From NCBI GenBank assembly GCA_965222615.1, contig CBDCUI010000009.1, forward strand, positions 448,001 through 512,000: a stretch of 64,000 nucleotides of DNA, written 5' to 3'. Shown here piece after piece: positions 29,049 through 39,162 of this stretch. The notes under the pieces are model-generated. The model was not told the origin of the DNA, did no database searches, and saw nothing but the letters and a program-made list of their open reading frames with translations. Both the position numbers and the translations under genes were made by a program. The stretch's first letter is position 1, and each line of letters opens with the position of its first letter. The stretch comes from Gammaproteobacteria bacterium (GTDB lineage: Bacteria > Pseudomonadota > Gammaproteobacteria > UBA4575).

Positions 29049-29272
29049 AGATATTTTGTGCTAACGAGGCCTGAGAGTTTTCGAAAGCGCAGTGTACAAA
29101 CTAGTACGTGAGCATTTCGAAAACTCGAAAACAAAGTTGACACAAAAACTATATATTTACAAATAAAGATTTTTCGTGATAACGAAGCCTGAGACTTTTT
29201 GAAGGCGCAGTGTACAAACTAGTACATGAGCATTTCGAAAAGTCGAAAACAAAGTTAGCACGAAATAGATCT
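29049..29272. repeat. Two tandem RPE-like palindromic elements (29049-29154, 29167-29272)
   Basis: Each has the core GCGCAGTGTACAAACTAGTACRTGAGCA inside a long hairpin; the second ends 1 bp from the hydrolase stop codon. Confidence 0.85.
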
Positions 29273-29273
29273 G

Positions 29274-30131
29274 CTATAAGTTGACTCCCGCCCATTCTGT
29301 TACAAAGTCGTTGATGCATCTTGCAACCTCATCCGGACGATCTTCCTGTACCCAGTGTCCGGCACGTTCTAAGTATTGCACGCGGGTTGGACCAGAAATT
29401 CTTTCCTTTAGCTTTTCAGCTGCCGTGCATGACATAAAGTTATCTGCCACACCCCACATCACCATGGTAGGGCAAGTAATTTTACTATGATCCACATCGG
29501 TATCTGAATTTTGTGGGTCCGCTGCGATACGAATTAAGGACTTAAATCCAGTCATACCCGGGCCCCGACCCCAAAACTGCAAATAATTTTGTTTGCAGTT
29601 TTTATCGGTAAACGGTGACCCGTCATAACTACCCATGCGCATTAAGGCTGGAAATCCTGCAACGGCCTGTCCTAGTGCCATCTCTAACACTTCATCTGGC
29701 GCACCATCTAAACCTGCCAAGGCCTCTACTTCACACACCGGCCATTGATCAAAGCAAACTGGATTAATTAACACTAGTCGAGAAATATAGTCGCAATATT
29801 TAGTTGCAAATACTTGCGCGACACCGCCACCATGATCGTGAGCAACTAGTATGACTTTGCCTTTTAAGCCAAGGCCTTCAATAACGCCTTTCACTGCCTC
29901 TGCTTGATTCATAAACGAGTGCTTAAATTGATCTAATGGCATGTCGGACTGCCCATAACCCACCATATCCATGGCAAGGGTTCGATATTGTGGAAGCATA
30001 GCCTGTACATGTCTCCATAATCTCGCATTCGTAGGAATTCCATGCACCATCAGCAACGTGGTATCTCCGCTACCACTTTCTTCTATATTTATATTGATTT
30101 TCAATCCATCTACTGTTACTTCTTGTTTCAT
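29274..30131 (-). CDS. Alpha/beta hydrolase, epoxide hydrolase/dehalogenase type
   Basis: HGIP oxyanion motif, GYGQSD, Asp nucleophile in AHDHGG, C-terminal AGHWVQED. Confidence 0.88.
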   Translation of the reverse strand: MKQEVTVDGLKININIEESGSGDTTLLMVHGIPTNARLWRHVQAMLPQYRTLAMDMVGYGQSDMPLDQFKHSFMNQAEAVKGVIEGLGLKGKVILVAHDHGGGVAQVFATKYCDYISRLVLINPVCFDQWPVCEVEALAGLDGAPDEVLEMALGQAVAGFPALMRMGSYDGSPFTDKNCKQNYLQFWGRGPGMTGFKSLIRIAADPQNSDTDVDHSKITCPTMVMWGVADNFMSCTAAEKLKERISGPTRVQYLERAGHWVQEDRPDEVARCINDFVTEWAGVNL

Positions 30132-30160
30132 AACTCCTCCTTTTTTTATTTTAATAAATA

Positions 30161-30754
30161 CTATTGAGCATGTTGCTCTAATGTTTTAATGATTGTTTTA
30201 GTATAAGCTCTTAAAAATTCAACCGAATCTGCTGACTTGCTCATAACACACATACCTTGTGCACTACCAGTTAAAAACTTAGCAAGATCGCGCAAATCAG
30301 AATTGTTTGATAGTTTTGACTCCTTTTTAGCACGTGATAATGCATTATAAAAAGTTTGCTCCATTTTCTTAAAATAAAAAGAAACCTTTTCTGAAACTTT
30401 TTTATTTTTAGGAACAAGCTCAATTTGTGAATTCATCATAAGACATGTGAAATCACCTTTTGAATCGATCAAAAATTTTTCTAGCGATTCGAAATAATCT
30501 CGAATTCCTTGAAGTCCATTTTTGTGATCATCAATTTTCTTCATACGCTGTAAAAAAACTTCGTCACGATATTTATCCAATGCTTTTAGATATAAGCCTT
30601 GTTTACCTCCAAAAGTCTCATACAAATTAAATCTGTTAATACCTGCCTCATTAATAAGATCTTCGACAGAAGTCTTTTTATAGCCTCGCTGCCAAAACAA
30701 ATGCATTGCTCGGTCAATAATTTCTTCATAATCGATTTGAGGTCTGCGCGGCAT
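30161..30754 (-). CDS. TetR/AcrR family regulator
   Basis: MPRRPQID..AMHLFWQRGY..TS; NLYETFGGKQGL. Confidence 0.93.
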   Translation of the reverse strand: MPRRPQIDYEEIIDRAMHLFWQRGYKKTSVEDLINEAGINRFNLYETFGGKQGLYLKALDKYRDEVFLQRMKKIDDHKNGLQGIRDYFESLEKFLIDSKGDFTCLMMNSQIELVPKNKKVSEKVSFYFKKMEQTFYNALSRAKKESKLSNNSDLRDLAKFLTGSAQGMCVMSKSADSVEFLRAYTKTIIKTLEQHAQ

Positions 30755-30766
30755 TATTATAGTTAT

Positions 30767-30811
30767 TTCTGAATGATTGTTCAGAATAAATCGTTATAAG
30801 TTTACTGTCAA
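30767..30811 (-). promoter_or_regulatory. Sigma70 promoter with TetR operator
   Basis: TTGACA-N17-TATTCT; palindrome TTCTGAA-N6-TTCAGAA over the -10/+1 region. Confidence 0.7.
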
Positions 30812-30916
30812 TTAAGCACAAATATTGATCAAAAAGAATAGATATAAAAATAAGATTCCAACTTCTGGAATCAATAATTTGTTAGCTTTTAAGCCTTTAA
30901 TTAGATTTTGTAGAAT

Positions 30917-30951
30917 AAAAAAAAGCAGATGAGCTTTCACTCATCTGCTTT
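30917..30951 (-). terminator. Intrinsic terminator of the Rrf2 gene
   Basis: AAAGCAGATGAG-N6-CTCATCTGCTTT with an A8 run on the plus strand. Confidence 0.8.
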
Positions 30952-30972
30952 CTAATGTTTGCGGAAAAAACT

Positions 30973-31446
30973 TTATGCAGCGGTCCGTTTAGGGAACATG
31001 TGATCACGATTGGTGCCATTAGCACGCTGCCTTAACGCTTGATACTCAGGTTTTTCAGTAAACTCACCGAGACTCACGCTACTCAGGTATTTATATATCT
31101 TATCGCTAAGCTCATCCCAAATGATATGGGTAACACAGCGGTCATCATATTGCATAGCGAGTTCAGAATGTTCGGGCTGTGGTTGAACAGTTTCATCAAT
31201 TGCACTGATCACCTGAGCGATAGAAATCTCATGCGGTGAGCGGGATAAACGATAACCTCCACCTGGTCCACGAACTCCTACTACCAATCCACCTTTACGC
31301 AGCTTGGCAAATAATTGTTCTAAATATGACAGTGAAATCCCCTGACACTGGGAAATATCTGCCAATGTTACAGGTTTGTATTTGTCATTAATTGCAAGAT
31401 CCATCATTGCGGTAATTGCATGACGAGCTTTTGTCGATAGTTTCAT
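30973..31446 (-). CDS. Rrf2 family regulator, IscR-like
   Basis: ISLSYLEQLFAKLRK..LV..VRGPGGGY; lacks two of the three IscR Cys ligands. Confidence 0.9.
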   Translation of the reverse strand: MKLSTKARHAITAMMDLAINDKYKPVTLADISQCQGISLSYLEQLFAKLRKGGLVVGVRGPGGGYRLSRSPHEISIAQVISAIDETVQPQPEHSELAMQYDDRCVTHIIWDELSDKIYKYLSSVSLGEFTEKPEYQALRQRANGTNRDHMFPKRTAA

Positions 31447-31621
31447 AATTTTTCACCTTCTACCTTGAATGGCAAAATTCCGTATGGCCAACCATAAACC
31501 ATGTAATATGATGGTTATTTTAACATCAACTAGATAATTGAAAATGTCGACTGAGCCAAATTATAGGAATATTTATTATTCTTATTTATCAACAAGTTAC
31601 AATATATAGATAACTTGATCA

Positions 31622-32167
31622 CTAAGCAATAGTACTGGAACTGGCAGTACCCTGCAATGGTATTTCCACATTTTCGGTAAGTAGATGATTTCGCCTAGAT
31701 TTGTTCTTAACATGGAAGGAATGGCCTTGTCGGTCACAGTACGACAACCACTTATACAGGAATCGATTCATGCGCCAGCGCTTTAACAAGGTCGGATCTA
31801 TTTTATAGTTAAATGCAGCAAAATTAGGGTTTTGACGTCGATAAGACTGGCTCATTACTTCTGCTTGAAGCGCGTCGTAATAGATCCTTAGCTTTAAGTC
31901 TGGATACGCTAAAAATCCAACCTCTGCATTGGAAAAATAATAGGTCATTGCTATGGTGGTGGTATATTTTGTTTCTTCCAGCACTTGAAGATACAGATCC
32001 ATGCCTGTAGAAATTCGTGATACCGCCACACGTGGCATTGCATTTTTTGTGCCACATAATTTGCGTAAACGAATATAATTTGCCTCATACATTTCCATCA
32101 AGCCCGCAAAACTATTAGGCAATGGTGGCGCCAATACGCATCTTTTATGATGAAGTGTATCTTTCAT
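31622..32167 (-). CDS. DUF1249 (YqiB-like) protein
   Basis: LME.YE.NY.RL, P.L..RIY.DA..AEV, W.MN.FL.KWL.YC..QGH. Confidence 0.8.
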   Translation of the reverse strand: MKDTLHHKRCVLAPPLPNSFAGLMEMYEANYIRLRKLCGTKNAMPRVAVSRISTGMDLYLQVLEETKYTTTIAMTYYFSNAEVGFLAYPDLKLRIYYDALQAEVMSQSYRRQNPNFAAFNYKIDPTLLKRWRMNRFLYKWLSYCDRQGHSFHVKNKSRRNHLLTENVEIPLQGTASSSTIA

Positions 32168-32294
32168 TGTCTATATATTCATAAACACTTTTCAATTCGT
32201 AAATACTTCTATTATTTAACTAGTGATACTACCGATATAAATTTATTGTTTTGAAGTCTCTCACAAACTTTTACATCTGTGAAATTGGTTTTAC

Positions 32295-32780
32295 TTATCG
32301 CAAAGTATTAATAGACCGAAGGTATAATCGCAGTGTATAGAATTGTTCTTGACTAAGCGTATCTTTTGCTATAATAGTTTTATATTTACAAGAATTTGCA
32401 CAAAATAAAATTGTTGCAAAATAATTCAAAAACCAGCCTGCATTGTCTATGCGGGCTTTATGTGTTGTTCCATCTTTAACTTCAATTTCGCATGTCTTTA
32501 ACGCATTCATTGTTGCTGTAATTTTTATAATAGATTTTTTATTATGAAAAAAAACATACTGTCTTATCATGATTATTGCGCTAACCAATACTAAAATAAC
32601 CATGATTATTTTTATTGGAAATGTGATCGCAATAAGCAAAATACTTACAATTGCTAACACGTGCAAAAATATAAAACAAACAAGCAAAGCCCGAGACGGC
32701 TTTAAAACAAGGTTGATATTAGGAGTAAATTCGTTCAACCACTTGATTAATATTTTCATCAGTAGATTTTTGTCTACCAA
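32295..32780 (-). CDS. YgfX-like membrane protein (start uncertain)
   Basis: Follows sdhE; L.PSR..., two TM helices, D.L....F..LR..LR C-terminus. Confidence 0.65.
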   Translation of the reverse strand: MVDKNLLMKILIKWLNEFTPNINLVLKPSRALLVCFIFLHVLAIVSILLIAITFPIKIIMVILVLVSAIIMIRQYVFFHNKKSIIKITATMNALKTCEIEVKDGTTHKARIDNAGWFLNYFATILFCANSCKYKTIIAKDTLSQEQFYTLRLYLRSINTLR

Positions 32781-32949
32781 CGAGAAGATCGTAAAGCTCT
32801 GGGTCTTGCATATCTAACATGCTTTCAAATGCATGCTGTAATGCGGGAGTTGAGTCTAAATAATATTCATCTAAAAACTTCTGCATCAAAACATCAAGCT
32901 CTTTTGTGCCACGACGGCAGCGCCAAGCGAGTTTATTCAGGTTCTCCAC
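32719..32949 (-). CDS. sdhE: Succinate dehydrogenase flavinylation factor
   Basis: WRCRRGTKELD and QDPELY motifs. Confidence 0.93.
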   Translation of the reverse strand: MENLNKLAWRCRRGTKELDVLMQKFLDEYYLDSTPALQHAFESMLDMQDPELYDLLVGRQKSTDENINQVVERIYS

Positions 32950-32968
32950 AAACCTATAATCCTCTTAA

Positions 32969-33751
32969 TTAATTTCTGCGTTTAGCTATTAGCTTTTTAA
33001 TTTCTGCTATTGCTTTCGCAGGATTTAAACTCTTGGGGCAGGTGTTAGTACAATTCATGATGGTATGACATCGGTATAGTTTAAATGGGTCTTCTAATTC
33101 ATCTAAACGTTCCCCAGTCGCTTCGTCACGACTATCGGCAATCCAACGATAGGCTTGTAATAATGCTGCTGGACCTAAATACCGATCACTATTCCACCAA
33201 TAACTTGGGCAACTTGTGGAACAGCAGGCACAAAGAATGCATTCCTCTAAACCTTCTAGCTTTTCGCGATCTTCTTTTGACTGTAAACGCTCTCGATCTG
33301 GTGGTGGAGGGCTCTCAGATTGCATCCATGGTTTAACTGATGCGTACTGCGCATAAAAATTAGTAAGATCAGGCACTAAGTCTTTTACAACGGACATGTG
33401 TGGTAATGGATAAATTTTTAAATCACCCTTGAAATCACTAATTGCTTTTGTACAAGCTAATGTATTGGAACCATTAATGTTCATGGAGCATGAACCACAA
33501 ATCCCTTCTCTACATGAACGACGGAAAGTTAAGGTCGGATCGATTTCATTTTTAATTTTAATCAATACATCCAGCACCATTGGACCACAATTATTTAAAT
33601 CCACTTCGTAAGTGTCAATACGAGGATTCTCGTCGCTATCCGGATCATAGCGATACACAATAATTTTCTTCATATTGCTACTACTAGTGGAATCTTTATA
33701 AGATTTACCAGGTTTAACAACTGAATTAGCTGGAAGTGTAAATTGCGCCAT
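32969..33751 (-). CDS. sdhB: Succinate dehydrogenase iron-sulfur subunit
   Basis: [38 protein letters not shown]. Confidence 0.98.
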   Translation of the reverse strand: MAQFTLPANSVVKPGKSYKDSTSSSNMKKIIVYRYDPDSDENPRIDTYEVDLNNCGPMVLDVLIKIKNEIDPTLTFRRSCREGICGSCSMNINGSNTLACTKAISDFKGDLKIYPLPHMSVVKDLVPDLTNFYAQYASVKPWMQSESPPPPDRERLQSKEDREKLEGLEECILCACCSTSCPSYWWNSDRYLGPAALLQAYRWIADSRDEATGERLDELEDPFKLYRCHTIMNCTNTCPKSLNPAKAIAEIKKLIAKRRN

Positions 33752-33788
33752 ACCTTTGACTCTTTATTTAACTATTTACATTGAAGAC

Positions 33789-33911
33789 AAAGGAGCATTG
33801 ATTACATGCGAGATTAGGCAAAAGATTTTGAAAAAACGGAGTGTATATGAACATACATGAGTATTTTGAAAAATCTTTTAACGACATATCGTGTACAATC
33901 AATGTTCCTTT
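33789..33911. repeat. RPE-like palindromic element between sdhA and sdhB
   Basis: IR AAAGGARCATTGATT; core ACGGAGTGTATATG-N3-ATACATGAGTA. Confidence 0.8.
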
Positions 33912-33914
33912 AAT

Positions 33915-35705
33915 TTAATAAACTCGGGCTTTAGGTGGAATAACCTCTACATCATCCGATTGTGTGTACATATGTACAGGCCGGTAATCGATCGTTACCT
34001 CGCCATTTTCACTTACAGAAACTAAAGAATGTTTCATCCAATTTTCGTCATCACGATCCGGATAATCATCTCTAGCTTGCGCTCCACGACTTTCCTTGCG
34101 GTTCAATGCAGACTGTGCAGTAGCTAAAGCTTGTGGCATTAAATTAGTCAATTCTATAGTTTCAACCAAATCAGTATTCCAAATCATGGAGCGATCTGTC
34201 ACTTTTAAATCAGCCATTTGATCATTTAAAGCTCGAAGCTTTTCTAAACCTTTTTCAATGGACTCACCTGTTCGAAATACTGCTGCATGATTCTGCATGG
34301 TTTTTTGCATTTCCAAACGTAACTCTGCAGTTGAAATACTGCCATTGGCATGACGTAATTTATCAAATCGCTCCAACGCCTGATCTACAGCATCATTTTT
34401 TAATTCACTATGTGATTGCTTGGGCTTAACGATTTCTGCAGCACGCAGTGCAGCGGCCCTGCCGAATACAATTAAATCTAGTAACGAATTGGACCCAAGA
34501 CGGTTTGCACCATGTACTGAGACACAAGCCGCTTCCCCAATCGCCATTAAACCTGGAATAACGGTATCGGGATCACCATCTTTTAAGGTCACCACCTCTC
34601 CATGATAATTAGTAGGAATACCACCCATGTTGTAATGCACAGTTGGAATGACAGGGATGGGTTCTTTAGTAACGTCTACGCCGGCAAATATTTTTGCCGA
34701 CTCTGCAATCCCAGGAAGTTTTTCATTGATCAGATCTGCACCTAAATGTTCTAGGTGTAAATGAATATGGTCTTTTTCTTCACCAATACCACGGCCTTCA
34801 TTGATCTCAACCGTCATCGAGCGGCTCACCACATCACGTGAAGCAAGGTCTTTGGCATTTGGTGCGTAACGCTCCATAAAGCGTTCACCTTCCGAGTTTG
34901 TTAAGTAACCACCTTCTCCACGCACTCCTTCAGTAATCAAACAACCAGCACCATATATTCCAGTGGGATGAAACTGCACGAATTCCATATCTTGTAATGG
35001 CAATCCTGCGCGTAACACCATTGCATTACCGTCGCCTGTACAGGTATGTGCCGATGTGCATGAAAAATATGTACGGCCGTAACCTCCAGTTGCAAGCAAA
35101 ACCATATGCGCACGATAAATATGTAGTTCCCCTGTGGCTAAATCCCAAGCCATAACACCCTTACAGGTGCCGTCATCATCCATTAGCAAATCCGTTGCAA
35201 AATATTCGATGAAAAATTCTGCATTATGTTTTAAAGACTGTTGGTAAAGCGTATGTAGAATTGCATGCCCGGTACGATCGGCTGCAGCACAGGTGCGCTG
35301 GGCGATACCTTCGCCATAATGTGTAGTCATACCACCAAATGGTCGCTGATAGATGCGACCTTCTTCAGTACGCGAAAAAGGAACACCATAATGTTCTAAC
35401 TCGACCACTGCAGGAATTGCTTCACGGCACATATACTCAATCGCATCCTGATCACCAAGCCAGTCTGATCCTTTAACCGTGTCGTACATATGCCAACGCC
35501 AATCATCTTCACCCATATTTCCTAACGCAGCGCTCATGCCGCCCTGCGCGGCAACAGTATGACTACGTGTTGGAAAAACTTTTGTAATACATGCAGTGGA
35601 AAGCCCACTTACAGCCATGCCTAAGGTCGCACGTAAACCAGCACCTCCGGCTCCTACAACAACCACATCATAGGCATGCTCAATCGGTGTATATGCTTTA
35701 CTCAT
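33915..35705 (-). CDS. sdhA: Succinate dehydrogenase flavoprotein
   Basis: [33 protein letters not shown]. Confidence 0.99.
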   Translation of the reverse strand: MSKAYTPIEHAYDVVVVGAGGAGLRATLGMAVSGLSTACITKVFPTRSHTVAAQGGMSAALGNMGEDDWRWHMYDTVKGSDWLGDQDAIEYMCREAIPAVVELEHYGVPFSRTEEGRIYQRPFGGMTTHYGEGIAQRTCAAADRTGHAILHTLYQQSLKHNAEFFIEYFATDLLMDDDGTCKGVMAWDLATGELHIYRAHMVLLATGGYGRTYFSCTSAHTCTGDGNAMVLRAGLPLQDMEFVQFHPTGIYGAGCLITEGVRGEGGYLTNSEGERFMERYAPNAKDLASRDVVSRSMTVEINEGRGIGEEKDHIHLHLEHLGADLINEKLPGIAESAKIFAGVDVTKEPIPVIPTVHYNMGGIPTNYHGEVVTLKDGDPDTVIPGLMAIGEAACVSVHGANRLGSNSLLDLIVFGRAAALRAAEIVKPKQSHSELKNDAVDQALERFDKLRHANGSISTAELRLEMQKTMQNHAAVFRTGESIEKGLEKLRALNDQMADLKVTDRSMIWNTDLVETIELTNLMPQALATAQSALNRKESRGAQARDDYPDRDDENWMKHSLVSVSENGEVTIDYRPVHMYTQSDDVEVIPPKARVY

Positions 35706-35720
35706 AATTGTATTAGTGTT

Positions 35721-36092
35721 TTATAAAAAGATTTTCAGCAGTGCAACGATTCCGGTTACAGCTAAAAGAATGCAGAGAAAATTTATTAACACTAGTGTTG
35801 CTACTTTCAGCCAACCACCTACATAGTCTTCTACAATGACTTGTAGACCCAGTTGCGTGTGATAAAACGTAGCTGCAATGAATAATATTAATAAAACTAC
35901 AGTAACAGGAGACTGCAACCACTCTATTACGATTGTATAATTTGCTGAACCTAACATTGCAACTGAAAACACTAACCATATGGACAGCGGTACCAAGGCA
36001 ACTGCAGTTAGCCTCTGTAACCACCAATGACTCGCACCTTCCTTGGCTGAACCCAATCCTTTTGCTTCCGATAGCGGTGTTCGTAAAGACAT
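35721..36092 (-). CDS. sdhD: Succinate dehydrogenase membrane anchor
   Basis: GLGSAKEG..HWWLQR; H..LG..VIVEDY. Confidence 0.95.
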   Translation of the reverse strand: MSLRTPLSEAKGLGSAKEGASHWWLQRLTAVALVPLSIWLVFSVAMLGSANYTIVIEWLQSPVTVVLLILFIAATFYHTQLGLQVIVEDYVGGWLKVATLVLINFLCILLAVTGIVALLKIFL

Positions 36093-36101
36093 TCTTATCC
36101 C

Positions 36102-36494
36102 TTATACGTTAGAAGTTAGAAACGCAACAGCCCAAACTACAATAGTTATGACCACAGTTGCTAACAACACTAAAATTCCAGAATTTTTTGTAGTACTCTT
36201 TTCAAATCCATAACCTGCATCCCAAACCAAATGCCGAATGCCATTAAAAAGATGCAAAAAAAGTGCAATGGCCCATAAAAATAAAAATGCCTTACCAATT
36301 GTACTGGCAAGCAACGTGCGAACGGTTTCATAAGATTCTTGTCCTAATGCCAGAGCAACAAGAATAACAACCATCAAAACGGCACCAACCGCAAGCGCAA
36401 CACCCGTTATGCGGTGAAGAATTGAAATCGCCATAGCTAATGGCCATTTATAAACTTGCAAATGTGGTGATAATGGCCGAGACAAATTCGCCAT
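36102..36494 (-). CDS. sdhC: Succinate dehydrogenase cytochrome b556 subunit
   Basis: RPLSPHL.VY, SILHRITG, HLFNGIRHL.WD; GAGGAG RBS before ATG 36494. Confidence 0.95.
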   Translation of the reverse strand: MANLSRPLSPHLQVYKWPLAMAISILHRITGVALAVGAVLMVVILVALALGQESYETVRTLLASTIGKAFLFLWAIALFLHLFNGIRHLVWDAGYGFEKSTTKNSGILVLLATVVITIVVWAVAFLTSNV

Positions 36495-36741
36495 GTAACT
36501 CCTCATGAAGATGTACGTAGTCCGCCTCTTTGAGTATTTCCATTATTTCGAGGCGTTAAATGTTTTATTGTGCAACGAATACTAACCGATTGACCAGATA
36601 TATTGAACATATCTCTAAAGAAATGTGAGAAATTACAAGCGCTTAAGGAAATTTAATGTGCAGTTTTGTGTTAAATTGACGCTTAACCTTGAATTTTTAG
36701 TGCAATTAATAGAGGTTTGAACAAATTTTAATCAAACGACT

Positions 36742-37788
36742 ATGAATAGAGATTGGAACAAATTTTTGGCAGATCAAGGTGTCATCACCAAAGATGATCG
36801 AGTAGTCTCCATGGGTCATGCCGAACTTACATCTTGTGACTTGGAGAGCACTTGTCTTTGTGATCTTTCCGCACTGGGGGTGATACGTGCAAGTGGAGAA
36901 GATGCTCAAAGCTTTTTACATGGTCAATTTACCAATGACTTGAGTCTGGTCTCTCCTTCAATCAGTCAACTTAGCAGCTACTGCAATCCTAAAGGCAGAA
37001 TGTTATCCATATTTCGTATTTTTATGCGTGGGGATAACTATCACATGCTTTTACATCGTGATGTATTAGAGGCCACTCTAAAAAAACTTGTCATGTTTAA
37101 ACTTATGGCAAAAGTAGACTTAGAAGATATTTCAAATGATCTTGTAGTGATTGGCATTGCTGGTCCTAGCGCTGATTCGCTGTTAGCTGACACACAAATT
37201 TCAGTTCCTACTGAACTTAATCATTGTATTCAAGCAGAGGCTACTACAATTATTCGAATACCGAGTAAAAGCTCGAGAATATTGTTTATAACAAATGTTG
37301 ATCAAGCTATTTCTATTTGGAACCAGCTTTCTAGTAAGTGCCCAATCGCAAATAATAAACTCTGGGATTTACACGATATTGAAAGTGGCATTCCGCAAAT
37401 CACCACAAATACAATTGAAACATTTATCCCACAAATGACTAATTTAGAACTTATCGATGGCGTAAGTTTTAATAAAGGCTGTTATCCTGGACAAGAAATA
37501 GTTGCTCGAACTCATTATCTTGGTAAACCCAATCGACGTATGTTTAGAATTAATGTGTCTGATGAAAATGCTCCTGAACCTGGTGTTAACATCTATTCAC
37601 CAAAAAATGAAACCCAACCTGTAGGAAAAATAGTTACCGCACAAAAACTATCTGAAGGAATGTCTTCCGCATTGGTAGTAATGCGTACTGAAAACGCACA
37701 TGACAATGACTTACATGTGGCCTCAACAACTGGGCCAAGTATTTCAATACAGAGCCTACCCTATTCACTTGATACAAAATCTAATTAA
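36742..37788 (+). CDS. ygfZ: Folate-binding Fe-S/tRNA-modification protein
   Basis: FLHGQFTND; signature KGCYPGQE. Confidence 0.95.
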   Translation: MNRDWNKFLADQGVITKDDRVVSMGHAELTSCDLESTCLCDLSALGVIRASGEDAQSFLHGQFTNDLSLVSPSISQLSSYCNPKGRMLSIFRIFMRGDNYHMLLHRDVLEATLKKLVMFKLMAKVDLEDISNDLVVIGIAGPSADSLLADTQISVPTELNHCIQAEATTIIRIPSKSSRILFITNVDQAISIWNQLSSKCPIANNKLWDLHDIESGIPQITTNTIETFIPQMTNLELIDGVSFNKGCYPGQEIVARTHYLGKPNRRMFRINVSDENAPEPGVNIYSPKNETQPVGKIVTAQKLSEGMSSALVVMRTENAHDNDLHVASTTGPSISIQSLPYSLDTKSN

Positions 37789-37896
37789 ATGGTCAGATAC
37801 GGTGGAATAGCAATTGAGCATTATTTAAGAACTTTACATGACTTAATATTCTGACAACTAAAATCAACAACTGCTTAATAAAATAACGATAATTTT

Positions 37897-39156
37897 ATGC
37901 ATTTTAATTCTGTAACCTGTCCTCATTGCGGTTTGCTTTGTGATGATCTAAGTGTAGATGTCGATGAGCTTTCTATTCGTCTACTTGATAATGTTCCACC
38001 GTTATGTGCACAAGCCTTCCAAGATGCTTCATTTGAGAACACTGCTATTCCTTCACCTACAATAAATGGAACCAACACTACTTCTGAAAATGCATTACTT
38101 GCGGCAGTAGAGATACTACAGAAATCAAAACAAGCCCTTGTCAGTGGCTTGATAGGTGATGTACAAACTTGTAGAGAAGCAATTGCCTTAACTGAAAAAT
38201 TAGGTGGAGTTATCGATCATGCAAATGGCTCTAAAATGCGTGCAAGCAGTGCGATCATGCAGCGTTTTGGAGAAGTGAAGACAACATTGGCCGAAGTGCG
38301 AAATCGTGCAGATTGTGTTGTCATCATTGGGTCTAACGTGTTAGAAAACTTTCCACGCCTTTACGAGCGCATACTATCTCCTGAGAAATCCTTAGGGACA
38401 GATACGACAACAAATAAAAAAATCTTTGTGCTAGATACACTAAAAAACTATGAACCCAAGCAAAATAAATATAAAGAAATCAGTTACCTTAACCTTGATG
38501 TTCTATCTTTAGAAGAGTGTGTGTACTTATTGGCAGGAGTAGTGAACTCAAAAACTAAAGTTGTTAACGAAACCAATCAAGTTGCTCAAGAACTTCAAAA
38601 GCTTTATCAATTTATTTGCAAAAGTCAATACACTAGCTTGATTTGGAGCACAGCAGAGTTTCAAATCAAAACAGTTGAACAAACTATACAAGCAATCACT
38701 CAATTGATTAAAAAACTTATGTTAACTAAGCGTGTTGTTGGATTGTCTTTAAGTGGATCAAATGCGGAAATTACTGCTAACCAAGTAACTACCTGGCAAA
38801 CAGGCGTGCCACTACCAATCGCATTTATGAACGGTTCTCCTACCCATGATCCAAACTTGTATGACGGCATGAAGATGTTACAAAATCATGAGGCAGATTC
38901 ACTGGTTTGGATTGCAAGCTATAACTCCACCTACACACCACCTAAAACAGATATACCCACGATCGTGATTGGACATCCTAAGATGCAATGCGCATCAAAT
39001 GTAAACGTGTTTATTCCAATCGGAGTTCCCGGAATTGATCACTGCGGGCTCGCTTGTCGCACCGATAGTGTCGCCACTTTACCGCTAAAATCAATCCGCA
39101 CTAGTAATCTAGCTGCCGCGAGTGAAGTCATTAGACAACTTACCCAACTCATTTAA
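37897..39156 (+). CDS. fhcB: Formyltransferase/hydrolase complex subunit B (FwdB/FmdB homolog)
   Basis: CPHCGLLCDD, TTLAEVRNRAD, WQTG.P, PGIDH.G...RTD...LPL. Confidence 0.9.
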   Translation: MHFNSVTCPHCGLLCDDLSVDVDELSIRLLDNVPPLCAQAFQDASFENTAIPSPTINGTNTTSENALLAAVEILQKSKQALVSGLIGDVQTCREAIALTEKLGGVIDHANGSKMRASSAIMQRFGEVKTTLAEVRNRADCVVIIGSNVLENFPRLYERILSPEKSLGTDTTTNKKIFVLDTLKNYEPKQNKYKEISYLNLDVLSLEECVYLLAGVVNSKTKVVNETNQVAQELQKLYQFICKSQYTSLIWSTAEFQIKTVEQTIQAITQLIKKLMLTKRVVGLSLSGSNAEITANQVTTWQTGVPLPIAFMNGSPTHDPNLYDGMKMLQNHEADSLVWIASYNSTYTPPKTDIPTIVIGHPKMQCASNVNVFIPIGVPGIDHCGLACRTDSVATLPLKSIRTSNLAAASEVIRQLTQLI

Positions 39157-39162
39157 TTAAAA

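Noticed and set aside
29049-29272. Tandem repeats as a possible CRISPR array
   Set aside because: Only two ~105-bp palindromic units, no repeat-spacer periodicity and no cas genes.
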